From IMG/VR virus record IMGVR_UViG_3300025280_000023, positions 32,001-96,000 of that record: a stretch of 64,000 nt of DNA; one strand, given 5' to 3'. Within the stretch, counting starts at the first letter, position 1, and every line of letters begins with the position of its first letter. The stretch is from a virus. Shown here in pieces: positions 40,770 through 50,259 of the stretch. A model generated the notes under the pieces. That model searched no databases. It saw nothing but the letters and a program-made list of their open reading frames with translations, and was not told the origin of the DNA. The position numbers were made by a program, and so were the translations under genes.

Positions 40770-41699
40770 TCATTTTTTTAAAGGAAAACTTCTAGCTTTT
40801 TTTGTGGTTCTCTTTATGTGTTTGATATTTCTATTTAATTCTTCAATTTGCCTTTGTTGAGAAACTGCAACTTTTTTTTGTTCTTCAATCATGACCTGTT
40901 GTTCTTTGACGCATTCAACAAGAACACCGATTAAAGAATGATAATTTACGCTGCTGATCTTGCCATCGTCTTCTTTGTCTACGATCTCAGGGAAGGGGAC
41001 GGCCACATCTTCTGCGATTAAGCCGATGTCAGGTTCTCCGGTTTCTTTCCAAGAGAAGGAGACCCCTTGAAGATTCTTTACCTTGTCCAAGGCTCCTTCA
41101 ACTGGCTTAATGTCCCTCTTAAACCGGGCAGAGCTATAGGCTTTAAACTTAGACGCCTTGATAGACTGGCCCTTGGCGAGCGTTAAAGATTCAGTAACGT
41201 CGTCACCCTGCACACCAATGCCTATCTTCCCGTTTTTAGAAACATGTATCCTGGAAATGCTATTGGTCACAATATCTAGTGAATAATTTGTTGTATTGCC
41301 AAGTGTTCGATTTGATGTGACCCAATCACCGCCGTTACTGTATTCGCCGCTAATATAGGTCCATGATAGATTGTCATCACCGTCATTGGTTAGGCCATAT
41401 CCGACCCCGCTGGCAGCATATGGCCAAGTATATGCGCAATTATTGAACTGGGTCTTTCCCGTCACGGAAAGGGAACCGGTGAATTCGTGCAGGTCATCGG
41501 AGCTATCCCCAGATTTTGTAGAGCCGTTGATGTGCAAATCACTTGTAGTAACACTGATCATCTCGTTAGATTGGACCCTGCCGGAGACATACAAAGAGCC
41601 GGTGAACATATGAATGTCGGTGGGGCGACGACCGAACTCTGAGTTACCCCTAACGGTTACCGATTCTAAATCTCTGCTGCTAGCTCTAAAGTTGCCCAT
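40770..41699 (-). CDS. Fibre-like protein with S74 chaperone domain
   Basis: Repeated DxHxFTGSL; SSARFKRDI, LQGVSFSW, GLIAEDV, LVECVKE. Confidence 0.85.
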   Translation of the reverse strand: MGNFRASSRDLESVTVRGNSEFGRRPTDIHMFTGSLYVSGRVQSNEMISVTTSDLHINGSTKSGDSSDDLHEFTGSLSVTGKTQFNNCAYTWPYAASGVGYGLTNDGDDNLSWTYISGEYSNGGDWVTSNRTLGNTTNYSLDIVTNSISRIHVSKNGKIGIGVQGDDVTESLTLAKGQSIKASKFKAYSSARFKRDIKPVEGALDKVKNLQGVSFSWKETGEPDIGLIAEDVAVPFPEIVDKEDDGKISSVNYHSLIGVLVECVKEQQVMIEEQKKVAVSQQRQIEELNRNIKHIKRTTKKARSFPLKK

Positions 41700-41807
41700 G
41701 ATTTACCGCCTAGTAATATTAAGTAGAGGTTTTTGTATGAAAATATGCAATTATATGATATATATTATACGGTTAATTACGAATAAATTACGCAATAAGA
41801 TAGTTTC

Positions 41808-41969
41808 ATGAAAATCATTGATAAGTTCCTTGCTTTGGCCGGCTGGAGATGCCTTGAGTTTGTTGTTATAAAAAACAATACTCGTAGATGTTCCCTAAAA
41901 AGAGGACACAAAGGACAACATGAAGCTAAGTTTAAAAAATCTACTTGGAGATGGATCACCAAAGAATAA
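41808..41969 (+). CDS. Small Cys/His protein (53 aa), not in ORF track
   Basis: RC...RCSLKRGHKGQH putative metal-binding motif. Confidence 0.55.
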   Translation: MKIIDKFLALAGWRCLEFVVIKNNTRRCSLKRGHKGQHEAKFKKSTWRWITKE

Positions 41970-41974
41970 ATTTG

Positions 41975-42003
41975 TTGACAACTACCAAGCTATAATATAG
42001 AAT
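41975..42003 (+). promoter_or_regulatory. Sigma70-type promoter of the large ncRNA
   Basis: TTGACA (41975-80), 17-nt spacer, TAGAAT (41998-42003). Confidence 0.75.
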
Positions 42004-42009
42004 ACCCTT

Positions 42010-42623
42010 GTTCTTTTAAAAAATGTTTAGAATTCCCCTTTTCGTCGGGGATTAAAATCAGCTTGCACAATCCGGGGCGGCTGGGTCTTCTTAATTGGAG
42101 GCATAGACGAGCGCCTAAGGAAGTAGATGCGTTGTTTCGTATTTCCCCTAGCGGGGCCTTTAAACAAGGCGGTGGATAGGAAAGTAGTGTTTCTGAAGCC
42201 ACTTGTTAGCTTGACGACTAGAGTCGTGGTACTACCCGCGAAGTGCTGCCGTCAAGACAAACGGATTTGGACCGTTTATCGTTTGACCGGGTGTAACCAA
42301 GAAAGGTTACGGGAAGTTTTGCGTAAGCAAGCAAAGCGTCACTGTGTATAACAGTAGTGCCAATGGTGAAAAGCGAAAGCTGATCACGTCACCCGCAAGG
42401 GCACGTTTGGATCCATCCCGTATGGTCAAAAACGTGAAGTTAGGTACGGGGATATAGCTATCCTACCAAGCCAAGCTTAGAATGTTATACACAATATAGG
42501 TGTGCTGTTGCATCACACAACAACAGGGGCAAAGGTGGTGAAGGATATTACCCTTCCGTGTACAGACGCCACATCGGCGGTCACCACTATAGAGACGCTA
42601 ACTGTGCTGGCGTCTCTTTTTTT
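42010..42623 (+). ncRNA. Large (~610 nt) structured non-coding RNA, family unassigned
   Basis: No credible ORF; bounded by promoter and terminator; many helices, GNRA tetraloops, an 11-bp long-range helix and two candidate pseudoknots. Confidence 0.8.
42591..42623 (+). terminator. Intrinsic terminator
   Basis: AGAGACGCTA/TGGCGTCTCT stem followed by a T-run. Confidence 0.85.
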
Positions 42624-42655
42624 ATGTCTGAACAATATAAAAAACTAATTATAAT

Positions 42656-42805
42656 ATGGGTAACACCAAGAAAACTTTGGAAAAAATGGTCCAAGAGGTC
42701 CTTTCTGAGATGCTTGATAGTCATTTGAATTCGTCACTGAACGAGACAATACGAAAAAAAGGAAAGTGCCGGTGTTTGTATTCTAAGAAGAAGGGAAAAA
42801 AATGA
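42656..42805 (+). CDS. Small basic protein (49 aa, MGNTKKTLEKMVQEVLSE...), not in ORF track
   Basis: CTAATTAT 3 nt upstream; ATGA overlap with the next gene. Confidence 0.65.
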   Translation: MGNTKKTLEKMVQEVLSEMLDSHLNSSLNETIRKKGKCRCLYSKKKGKK

Positions 42806-43311
42806 AAAAGTTTATAATATCACTTTTAACTATATTGGCATTGTGTATTCCAATAGGGAATTCTAGCGCATCTGTTAGTATCGGCAAGAAGCCGCTAATC
42901 AATCACCATGTGCATGTAATAAAGGGACACTTCTTTACTGTATTTGAAGCAGTGTCAAAAGAAAACAAAGAGCTTATAATAAAGTCTATCTTTGTGCTTG
43001 AGCATCTCCATAAGGATAAGAAGCACCATGACCTACTTAAAAGACAAGATGAGAGAGAAGTCCAAATAATATTGGTGGCGGTTCTTCATATTAGAGGCGT
43101 ATTAAATGGAAAATACCCCGGTATGTATCCGGAAAACGCCCTTGAACTCTGGGAACACCTAGGAAAAAATGTAATTATTAAGAAGGTGAATAAGAACTGG
43201 ACGATGCAGTTAAAGATCCCCAAAGATATGAAGAGAAAGAAAAAAGAACAACACAAAGAGAATGCCACGGAAGGTGACAATCTTAATGACTATTGGCGAA
43301 AAGAACATTGA
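42802..43311 (+). CDS. Hypothetical secreted protein
   Basis: MKK plus hydrophobic signal peptide ending SSA. Confidence 0.65.
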   Translation: MKKFIISLLTILALCIPIGNSSASVSIGKKPLINHHVHVIKGHFFTVFEAVSKENKELIIKSIFVLEHLHKDKKHHDLLKRQDEREVQIILVAVLHIRGVLNGKYPGMYPENALELWEHLGKNVIIKKVNKNWTMQLKIPKDMKRKKKEQHKENATEGDNLNDYWRKEH

Positions 43312-44141
43312 AATTAATTTTAGAAAGCTGGCGTCGATATTTGGCGGAAGGCCACAAGCCCCCAATGATTAAGTGGCGTGCTGAAGGCGGACAGGTAAGA
43401 CCTTATGCACTATCGTTTAACAGCACAAAAGCAATTGAAGATGACCAGATCAGAGAAGTAAGGCGACTAGCTCAGCAAGGCGAGGTTGAAATGCCGCCTG
43501 GCCCACTAACCTACCCGGAAGCTGACCAAATAATCCGCAAATACTATGTTGATAAAGGTTATGACTCTATTGTTTATCGAAATAGACATAGAGAAACCAA
43601 GTCGATACCATCTAGTCAAATTACAGAATATGTTGACTTGAATACTGGAAAGCATTATGCCAATAAGGACTACGCTGAGTTTTATAACGCTACGAACAGA
43701 CAAAAAACAGGGCAGGGGCAGGCGGAAGGCGAAAGGGTGGAATATGGTCCATCATTGGCGCAAGAGTTAGATCCATCCGATCCGGCAGTTGTTGCAGCGA
43801 GCGACCCAAAGGGAAAGTATGATTGGGCTGAGCGCATCGAAGATCTAATAGGCGACCATCCGGTGAGCCAGGCTTTCCAGGCATCCAGAAAAGCAGGGGA
43901 GTTCACAGGCGATGTTCTCAAGTCAATAGAAAGAGGAGAGCCCGCAGTCAGGCTACCTAGAGAAGAAGCTCCAACTGGCCCCGAAGATATCCCTTGGTGG
44001 TTAAAAAGTGTTGACGAGCCGCCAGAGGAACCAAAAGAAAGAATTCCCAATTGGATGAAACCGGGTCCTGTACGAGATCCCGAAGAAACCAAAGGCGATC
44101 AAGAAAAGAAAAAAGGAATAGAGTTCCCAAAAGATGAATAA
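43308..44141 (+). CDS. Hypothetical protein with N-terminal tag MKLILESWRRYLAE
   Basis: TTG start overlapping the upstream TGA; tag motif. Confidence 0.75.
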   Translation: MKLILESWRRYLAEGHKPPMIKWRAEGGQVRPYALSFNSTKAIEDDQIREVRRLAQQGEVEMPPGPLTYPEADQIIRKYYVDKGYDSIVYRNRHRETKSIPSSQITEYVDLNTGKHYANKDYAEFYNATNRQKTGQGQAEGERVEYGPSLAQELDPSDPAVVAASDPKGKYDWAERIEDLIGDHPVSQAFQASRKAGEFTGDVLKSIERGEPAVRLPREEAPTGPEDIPWWLKSVDEPPEEPKERIPNWMKPGPVRDPEETKGDQEKKKGIEFPKDE

Positions 44142-44159
44142 TATCGAACTATTTACTAT

Positions 44160-44600
44160 ATGAAAAAATTACTTAGAGAATGGAAAGAATATACTTCGAA
44201 GCTAAACGAGCAGGAGGGGAATATGGAACTGGGTGAGCTTCAAGACGAAGTGGCACAAAGAGAACTTGAAGATCAAGAATTCACCCAGTCGCTAACCCAG
44301 TCAGATCAGCAGCTTGCTGGCCTTAGATCCGATATAGGCCAAGGCATGACACAGTTGGCAGGAGTGTCAGATCTCCCGGAAACTGAAGCTATTCCCACCG
44401 CCACAACGGAGCCCACCACTGGAACAACTCCTACGAGCACTCTTGGCACGCCAAATACGCCGCCAGCCCCCGCAAGTCAGAGCCCCCTCCTAGCGAGCCT
44501 TAAAAAGGCTTTCGGGCTTGCTAGAAAACCTGGCGTTAAAGCACAAGATATATTTAAAGCATTTGGAAGTATGGCCCCTAAACGAAAAGACGGCGGCTGA
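44160..44600 (+). CDS. Hypothetical protein with N-terminal tag MKKLLREWKEY
   Basis: CTATTTAC 3 nt upstream; Thr/Pro-rich linker. Confidence 0.75.
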   Translation: MKKLLREWKEYTSKLNEQEGNMELGELQDEVAQRELEDQEFTQSLTQSDQQLAGLRSDIGQGMTQLAGVSDLPETEAIPTATTEPTTGTTPTSTLGTPNTPPAPASQSPLLASLKKAFGLARKPGVKAQDIFKAFGSMAPKRKDGG

Positions 44601-44769
44601 ATATAGTTATTTCGGGTAGTTACCTGAGAAAACAATTTGACACTTGATAAAAATCATACTACTATTTAGTAGCGTATTAACACTTGTAAAAGCCGGCGCG
44701 GGCTTCAGTGGGCGATAGACCGCAATCCCGGCTTTTCTAGTGACTTTATTAAGCAAAGGCAAATAGCGA

Positions 44770-44949
44770 ATGAAGGTTGTTGTACCGAATAAGACCGCAA
44801 ACAAGATAGACGATCTCTTAAAACAGTTGCACTTATTAAAAGTTGCAGTTACACAAGAGAAACAAGATAAGCTAGAAAAAAGAATTCTAGACATGCGCAG
44901 GGACCTGTTGGTTATCCGAGAAGAAGTTGTCGACGAGTCAAGTAATTAA
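44770..44949 (+). CDS. Small coiled-coil protein (59 aa, MKVVVPNKTANK...)
   Basis: Plus-strand ORF matching the local gene orientation. Confidence 0.55.
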   Translation: MKVVVPNKTANKIDDLLKQLHLLKVAVTQEKQDKLEKRILDMRRDLLVIREEVVDESSN

Positions 44950-44974
44950 CAAGGTGTAATCTATATATTGTAAT

Positions 44975-45127
44975 ATGGATACCAATTATTGCCAAGACTG
45001 CCACTGCGAAAAAATAATGACGTTCTCTGTCCAGAAGAACGAAGCTCCTCTTGATATGGCAATTGAAGGTCAAGAACCGGAGTACGAAGAAGAGATCGAG
45101 CTTTATAAGACTTATGGCGGGGATTAA
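44975..45127 (+). CDS. Small protein (50 aa, MDTNYCQDCHC...YKTYGGD)
   Basis: CTATATAT motif variant upstream; CxxC. Confidence 0.55.
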   Translation: MDTNYCQDCHCEKIMTFSVQKNEAPLDMAIEGQEPEYEEEIELYKTYGGD

Positions 45128-45197
45128 GCCTCTATGCAATGGCCTGTAAGTATTAAATAAAGCTGAACAATCCAGTTTAAAGGGCCTATTTATTGTG

Positions 45198-48125
45198 ATG
45201 AAACCAATATTAGAAAATTGGAATAGATTTGTCCATAGGCAATCTAAGTTGGTGCCTCTCCAAGATAAGCGGAAAAGGCTCTTAAACGAAATCAGCTATA
45301 AGAATGCAGAAGCTATCAACGATTGGTTTGGTGGCGATTATAGCAAACTTGCGCTCAGGAGACTGTTTGATGATAAGCTACGGTATTCTTTTCCTCTTCA
45401 AACCCAAGACGAGAGGTACCTGCTTAGAGCGATCAAATATCTCATAGACGACAATTGGATGCCACCTGAAAACGAAGACGACGCTTCTTGGGCGAAAAGG
45501 CGCTTCTCTACTAAAGTTGTCAAGCAAAAGCTTCGAAAGCTCGATACCGGAGAAGAGTATGAGGTCGATGTTGAAGTTCCTGATTTAAAATTAGAGCGTT
45601 CCGTTGAGCGTGAGATCCCGAAAGGCCCCAGGGCAGGCGAGATTGTTAAGAGCAAGGAGGTTGCCAGCTTTGCAAAGGCGATGGCAAAGGCGGGCGTTCC
45701 AAAGCCATTGATGCAATGGTGGGAGCGAGCCCAAGGTCACTATACTAAAAACAGTGGCTGGAAGGCCATTGAAGACGCATTTATTAGCGGCGGCGGCAAT
45801 GCTGGAATTGAATATTCTGTTGTTGTATCTCGTCATCCCATGGATGTTTTGAGAATGAGTGACATTGGAAATATTAAATCGTGTCATAGCGAAGGCGCGA
45901 GTTATTTCCAATGTGCCGTTGCCGAGTCAAGAGGGCATGGCGCTGTCGTATATCTTATTCCCACGGATGAGCTAAAGGAGTTCTTGCGTGTTAAAGGCGA
46001 GGATGAGGAGATGTATGGTAGCGATGTAGACATGGCAAGCAGCGAGGAGACGGAGTATAAGAAGCTGTCTGATTTTGATGATCAAGAGATCTTTAGAGAC
46101 TCCGCTAGAGGAGTTGATGGTATCGTTGCCAAAGCAAGAGTTCGTCTAAGGCGTCTTGAGCTTGAAGGTGGCTACATGGCTAAAGAGTTTGCTATTCCGG
46201 AGCTTGCGACATATGGATCGCACCCCGCTGGCTTTGTTCAGGCCGTTTCAAAGGATACATGGGAAAGGCAAAAGGATCTCTTTGTAGCCAAAAGTGGACG
46301 CCTTCATTTGCCGAGCGATGACGAACTAAAGATAACAGGCGGAACCTACAGAGATACAACTCCCGCTAGAATGTTAAACAACTTCTTTTCAGCGTCTGGA
46401 GAAAAGGTAGACAAATATCACGGCTTTATTGAAACAGAAGGTGGTGAAGAAGAACTAGAGAACCTATGGGAGATGTATGAAACAGAAATAGAAGAGCATA
46501 ATGCTAGAGCTAGCAATGAATTAGAACACGCCTGGTTCCATGGGGAAGTAGATGGGCATGATGAGCCCTACGTAACCGTTTCTGCCGGTATGTCTATTAC
46601 TGTTCCCTTGTCCTGGGAGGGCGCTATCGATGTTTCGGGAGGCGCACAAGCCGCCACCAAGGGTGATGTCCACGGGCAAGAGAAGTGGGTTCCTAACGAC
46701 CAGTATAACTTAATACCCAACACACATGGGGATTACAAGGCGTCAGGAGCATTTGAGTCGCTTATTAAAGACATATCTGACTACCCGGAATCAATGGAGT
46801 GGAGTATTGGCTCTGGAACAGAGACGCCATGGGAAATAGAATTCCAATTGTATTATAATTGTGACGATTGCTACAATCCGGACAACGCCGGTTATTTTTT
46901 AGATTATATCCGCGATGATATTGACAAAAAACATGACGTAATCAAAGAAAAGATTCGCAAGGTCCTCATAGAAAATGGCTACATGCCTGCCGGCTACTTC
47001 GATGAATTGGAAAAAGAAGAAGAGAACAGAGAAGAGGGCACTATTAGATTTGAAAACTTTGCCTTCATGGGTGATGAAAACAAGGATGGCACAATTGAGT
47101 TTATTTTAAGATATGCCGAACATGACCAGACTGAGAGTTTTTTACCCACCGGATTAAGAATCCCATTGGTCCTGGCCAGGTCTGCTCCCGGCGAGCCCCC
47201 GATATACGATTCTCTAGCCCTAATGAGGGCTGGCCTTGGAACTAAAAAAGTTCAATTAAGAAGCGCTTATAGCGCGATTGCGCTTTCTCCACTTGCAGAA
47301 TCCGAAGTAAACAAAAGATTGGCATCTCTAGAAAAGGCGGCCAATGAACATATTAGCAGGCAATTTCACCTGGATCTCGGTGACGGCTGGGAGCCCAAAG
47401 TATTCTCCGGCGTTGAAAATCTTAATCGTGCCGTGTTCTCAGTTTATTTTATGAACCAAAGCTGGCGTGGTTCGCCCACACCTAGTGAAGAAAGAGAAAT
47501 CGGTTTTAATTTAAGAATTCAAATCCGATCTACCGACACTAAAGAAGAGATTAATATTGCTTTAGAATATATTAGCTTTATTGATAGACACGTAGAAGAA
47601 ATTAAAAGAACAGTAGCCGATGTCTTTAGCACTATTATGGAGTCCAAAGCTAAAGAAGTAGAAAAAGAAGAAAGGGAGTTCTTTGACGGCACCACAGCGA
47701 AAGGACTTATCATGCAAATATACCGCTCCAACGCCACCCTAATGAATACTGACGAAGGTAAAGGCCGGGTCAAGATCGCTAAGTGGGTCGCTGAAAACTG
47801 GAGTACGATGAGCGATGATCAGAAGCGCATTTCAATTAATCAATATTTGGTTCCGATTGTGAACCGTAGTTACGGTGATAATTACGGGATCAACTTGTCT
47901 AGTCGAGCAAGTGATGAGCCGACCACCCCCTCGTTTTTTAGTGGATATCTTCCAGTGGGCCATGGACCCTGGGCTGGAACTGACTATAAGACCACCGAAA
48001 TACCCTCCTGGGACGAAGATGAGGACATTGAGCAGGGTAGGGGCCTAGGCAAGGTGTTTGAATGCGTTCTAGGCCCCAAAACGGGCCTTATACGGTTAAG
48101 ATTTAAGAGGGCTTTATTAGGATGA
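45198..48125 (+). CDS. Large hypothetical protein with N-tag MKPILENWNRF, paralog of 34704..36908
   Basis: CTATTTAT upstream; shared conserved block. Confidence 0.85.
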   Translation: MKPILENWNRFVHRQSKLVPLQDKRKRLLNEISYKNAEAINDWFGGDYSKLALRRLFDDKLRYSFPLQTQDERYLLRAIKYLIDDNWMPPENEDDASWAKRRFSTKVVKQKLRKLDTGEEYEVDVEVPDLKLERSVEREIPKGPRAGEIVKSKEVASFAKAMAKAGVPKPLMQWWERAQGHYTKNSGWKAIEDAFISGGGNAGIEYSVVVSRHPMDVLRMSDIGNIKSCHSEGASYFQCAVAESRGHGAVVYLIPTDELKEFLRVKGEDEEMYGSDVDMASSEETEYKKLSDFDDQEIFRDSARGVDGIVAKARVRLRRLELEGGYMAKEFAIPELATYGSHPAGFVQAVSKDTWERQKDLFVAKSGRLHLPSDDELKITGGTYRDTTPARMLNNFFSASGEKVDKYHGFIETEGGEEELENLWEMYETEIEEHNARASNELEHAWFHGEVDGHDEPYVTVSAGMSITVPLSWEGAIDVSGGAQAATKGDVHGQEKWVPNDQYNLIPNTHGDYKASGAFESLIKDISDYPESMEWSIGSGTETPWEIEFQLYYNCDDCYNPDNAGYFLDYIRDDIDKKHDVIKEKIRKVLIENGYMPAGYFDELEKEEENREEGTIRFENFAFMGDENKDGTIEFILRYAEHDQTESFLPTGLRIPLVLARSAPGEPPIYDSLALMRAGLGTKKVQLRSAYSAIALSPLAESEVNKRLASLEKAANEHISRQFHLDLGDGWEPKVFSGVENLNRAVFSVYFMNQSWRGSPTPSEEREIGFNLRIQIRSTDTKEEINIALEYISFIDRHVEEIKRTVADVFSTIMESKAKEVEKEEREFFDGTTAKGLIMQIYRSNATLMNTDEGKGRVKIAKWVAENWSTMSDDQKRISINQYLVPIVNRSYGDNYGINLSSRASDEPTTPSFFSGYLPVGHGPWAGTDYKTTEIPSWDEDEDIEQGRGLGKVFECVLGPKTGLIRLRFKRALLG

Positions 48126-50041
48126 AAATAAAAATCACAAACAAAAACCAAATGCTGACTGAAGCCAAAGGCGATCCAAAGTTGCCAATTATCGGGTATA
48201 GAAGAGATGCCAAAGGTAATATAATTCCAGTTCGTGCCTCCTGGGAAGGCCTTAAGCAGCGCAGAAACCCTCTCTTCAAAGGAACTCCCCTTGGCAAAAA
48301 GGGAATGATTTCAAGAAGTGAGGCGGGTGGGGTGCTGCGTGGGGTGGACCCAAACATCACATGGCTAGAATATATGAATAAGGATGTGTCCAGAGGCTAC
48401 CCGCAGTCTGCCGTCTATGATTTAAAGCTTCCATGGAAGAGATCAGAGCAGCTTCGCGCTGCCGGCGATATGGCCAGAGATGTATTTTTCGCAGCTAAAC
48501 AAAATGTCCTCGCAAGAATGAAAATGATGGCAGACCAATATGGTGCCGAGCGAGCACTTGAGATGATTGGTGTAAAAAAAGCGGAGGTGCGCAACCTCCG
48601 GCCCGTCGAGGCTCCAGGCCTGAAAGCAGTAAACGTCAGGTTACACCGGACTCCTCAGGGCCCCGAACGCGCCAAAGCAATTGCCGCAGTGGGATACGAT
48701 GCACCGGTTATGAAGAGATTTTACGCGCCGCTGGTTATAGAAAACCATGCTATACCTAGAGAAAACTGGGCTCTCTTGATCAGTGACGAGTTTGAAAATC
48801 TCTTTGGGCAACTATACGTTACCGGAAAATATGAACAGGTAACGTATGAACCAAAACAGAAGTACGAAACCGTGACTACGAGAACTCCCGGTAGGGACGG
48901 AAGGATGGTCGTTGGAACAAAAAATGTAAGTCGAGATGTAAACGAGCTTGGTAAGTACGAGACCAGAACCGTAGATGCATTTGAGCTTTTGGAACCGAGG
49001 ACGGGACGGGAAATAGACCAATATGAAAAGACTGGCCAGTGGCCAAAAGCAAGGCCAGGGCAAAAAAAGTCCCCGCGACAAAGGCTTAGCAGATTCGGGC
49101 TCCATCGAGCATTATGGGATTTGGCACCGGTATACGGGGTGCGCGCTGACTCACTTGTAAACGCTCGCACAAAAGCAGTACAGCTAGCTCAGGTAGCCGC
49201 AGCTAAAACTAATACTAGAAAGTTCGGTTTGGTTAATCGCCTTGAACACGATTCTAGTCTTGCACAAGAGGCTGCCGAACACTTAGAATTCTTAAAAAAT
49301 ACTGCTCCACCGGGCATGACCATGGAAGAGTGGGACAAGGAGTTCAGGGGGGTCCTGGCGGAGCTTGACGACGAATTAGCGCGTCCCGACTTGTCTCCAA
49401 AACAGAAGGCTCAAGTTGAGCTAGACCTCCAGGATATGAAAGCTCGCTTGCGAGGCCTACCGCATAAGCCAGATGTAGCGGCCACATATCCTGCCTCTGG
49501 ATCTCCCCGAGTAAAGATGGGCTCTATTAAGCCAGCGATAAAAGTAGGTGCGGTAGGGGCAGTGGTTGCGACAATTTTATCCATACCTGACGTTGCGTAT
49601 GCCTACGAATCAAATGGGTCACGGGCGGCCTTCGATAAAGCAATTGAGATTCTACCAAGTGTTGTAGACCCAACTGGTTTTTATGATGTGGTCGTTGGAC
49701 TACATACAATACTTTCCTCACCGGATCCCAAGAAAACATCAGAGATATACGGCAAAGCAATTGGCCAAGGCCTTGGCGCATACCCGGAAAAGTTCCCAGG
49801 AGGGACAGATATAACCGGAGAACAACTGCCGCAGTTGCAGCTTCCGCTAGGTGAAAAACCGGAGACTCGTGAGGATCTTAAAACGCAGATAGATCTTGGA
49901 AAGACCTATGAGCCTCATGGCAATATACCGGAGCCTTCCAAAAGAACCTCGTCTCCTATACCAAAGGCCCACCGGCCCCTATATCAACAAGACCCAAGAA
50001 CAAAGGAATGGATCGTAGATCCAGAGAGTTTAGAAAAATGA
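48122..50041 (+). CDS. Hypothetical protein with N-tag MKIKIT...LTE and a late hydrophobic segment
   Basis: AIKVGAVGAVVATILSIP hydrophobic helix followed by DPTG. Confidence 0.8.
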   Translation: MKIKITNKNQMLTEAKGDPKLPIIGYRRDAKGNIIPVRASWEGLKQRRNPLFKGTPLGKKGMISRSEAGGVLRGVDPNITWLEYMNKDVSRGYPQSAVYDLKLPWKRSEQLRAAGDMARDVFFAAKQNVLARMKMMADQYGAERALEMIGVKKAEVRNLRPVEAPGLKAVNVRLHRTPQGPERAKAIAAVGYDAPVMKRFYAPLVIENHAIPRENWALLISDEFENLFGQLYVTGKYEQVTYEPKQKYETVTTRTPGRDGRMVVGTKNVSRDVNELGKYETRTVDAFELLEPRTGREIDQYEKTGQWPKARPGQKKSPRQRLSRFGLHRALWDLAPVYGVRADSLVNARTKAVQLAQVAAAKTNTRKFGLVNRLEHDSSLAQEAAEHLEFLKNTAPPGMTMEEWDKEFRGVLAELDDELARPDLSPKQKAQVELDLQDMKARLRGLPHKPDVAATYPASGSPRVKMGSIKPAIKVGAVGAVVATILSIPDVAYAYESNGSRAAFDKAIEILPSVVDPTGFYDVVVGLHTILSSPDPKKTSEIYGKAIGQGLGAYPEKFPGGTDITGEQLPQLQLPLGEKPETREDLKTQIDLGKTYEPHGNIPEPSKRTSSPIPKAHRPLYQQDPRTKEWIVDPESLEK

Positions 50042-50259
50042 AGCATTTAAAAGAAAATAATGAAACGTACTTCAGTCATCTTAAATTCGCTTTAAGTATT
50101 GGAACAAGCCTGATGATAAGAGGAGCACTTCTTATTCTTCATGCCTTTCTGCCCATGGTAACGATTCCAAAAAAATGGAGTCTTGACGACACCCTGAGAA
50201 CAGTATATCGGTGGTCTGTTTATGCCAACAAAAGAAAGAAGGGGACCTTGAATGAATAG
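50038..50259 (+). CDS. DUF6356-like small membrane protein
   Basis: HLKENNETYFSHLKFA...ILHAFLP pattern. Confidence 0.65.
   Translation: MKHLKENNETYFSHLKFALSIGTSLMIRGALLILHAFLPMVTIPKKWSLDDTLRTVYRWSVYANKRKKGTLNE

Noticed and set aside
41990-42351. Short ORFs 41990..42202(-) and 42127..42351(+)
   Set aside because: No convincing SD or recognisable protein features; better explained as chance ORFs within a structured RNA
42010-42623. Large RNA as tmRNA, RNase P or group I intron
   Set aside because: No GTTCGA T-loop or tRNA-like ends; AGGAAAGT and AGTGCCA resemble RNase P fragments but P4 cannot form; GACTA and GATATAGCT do not make a proper P7 and no gene is interrupted. A covariance search is still needed.
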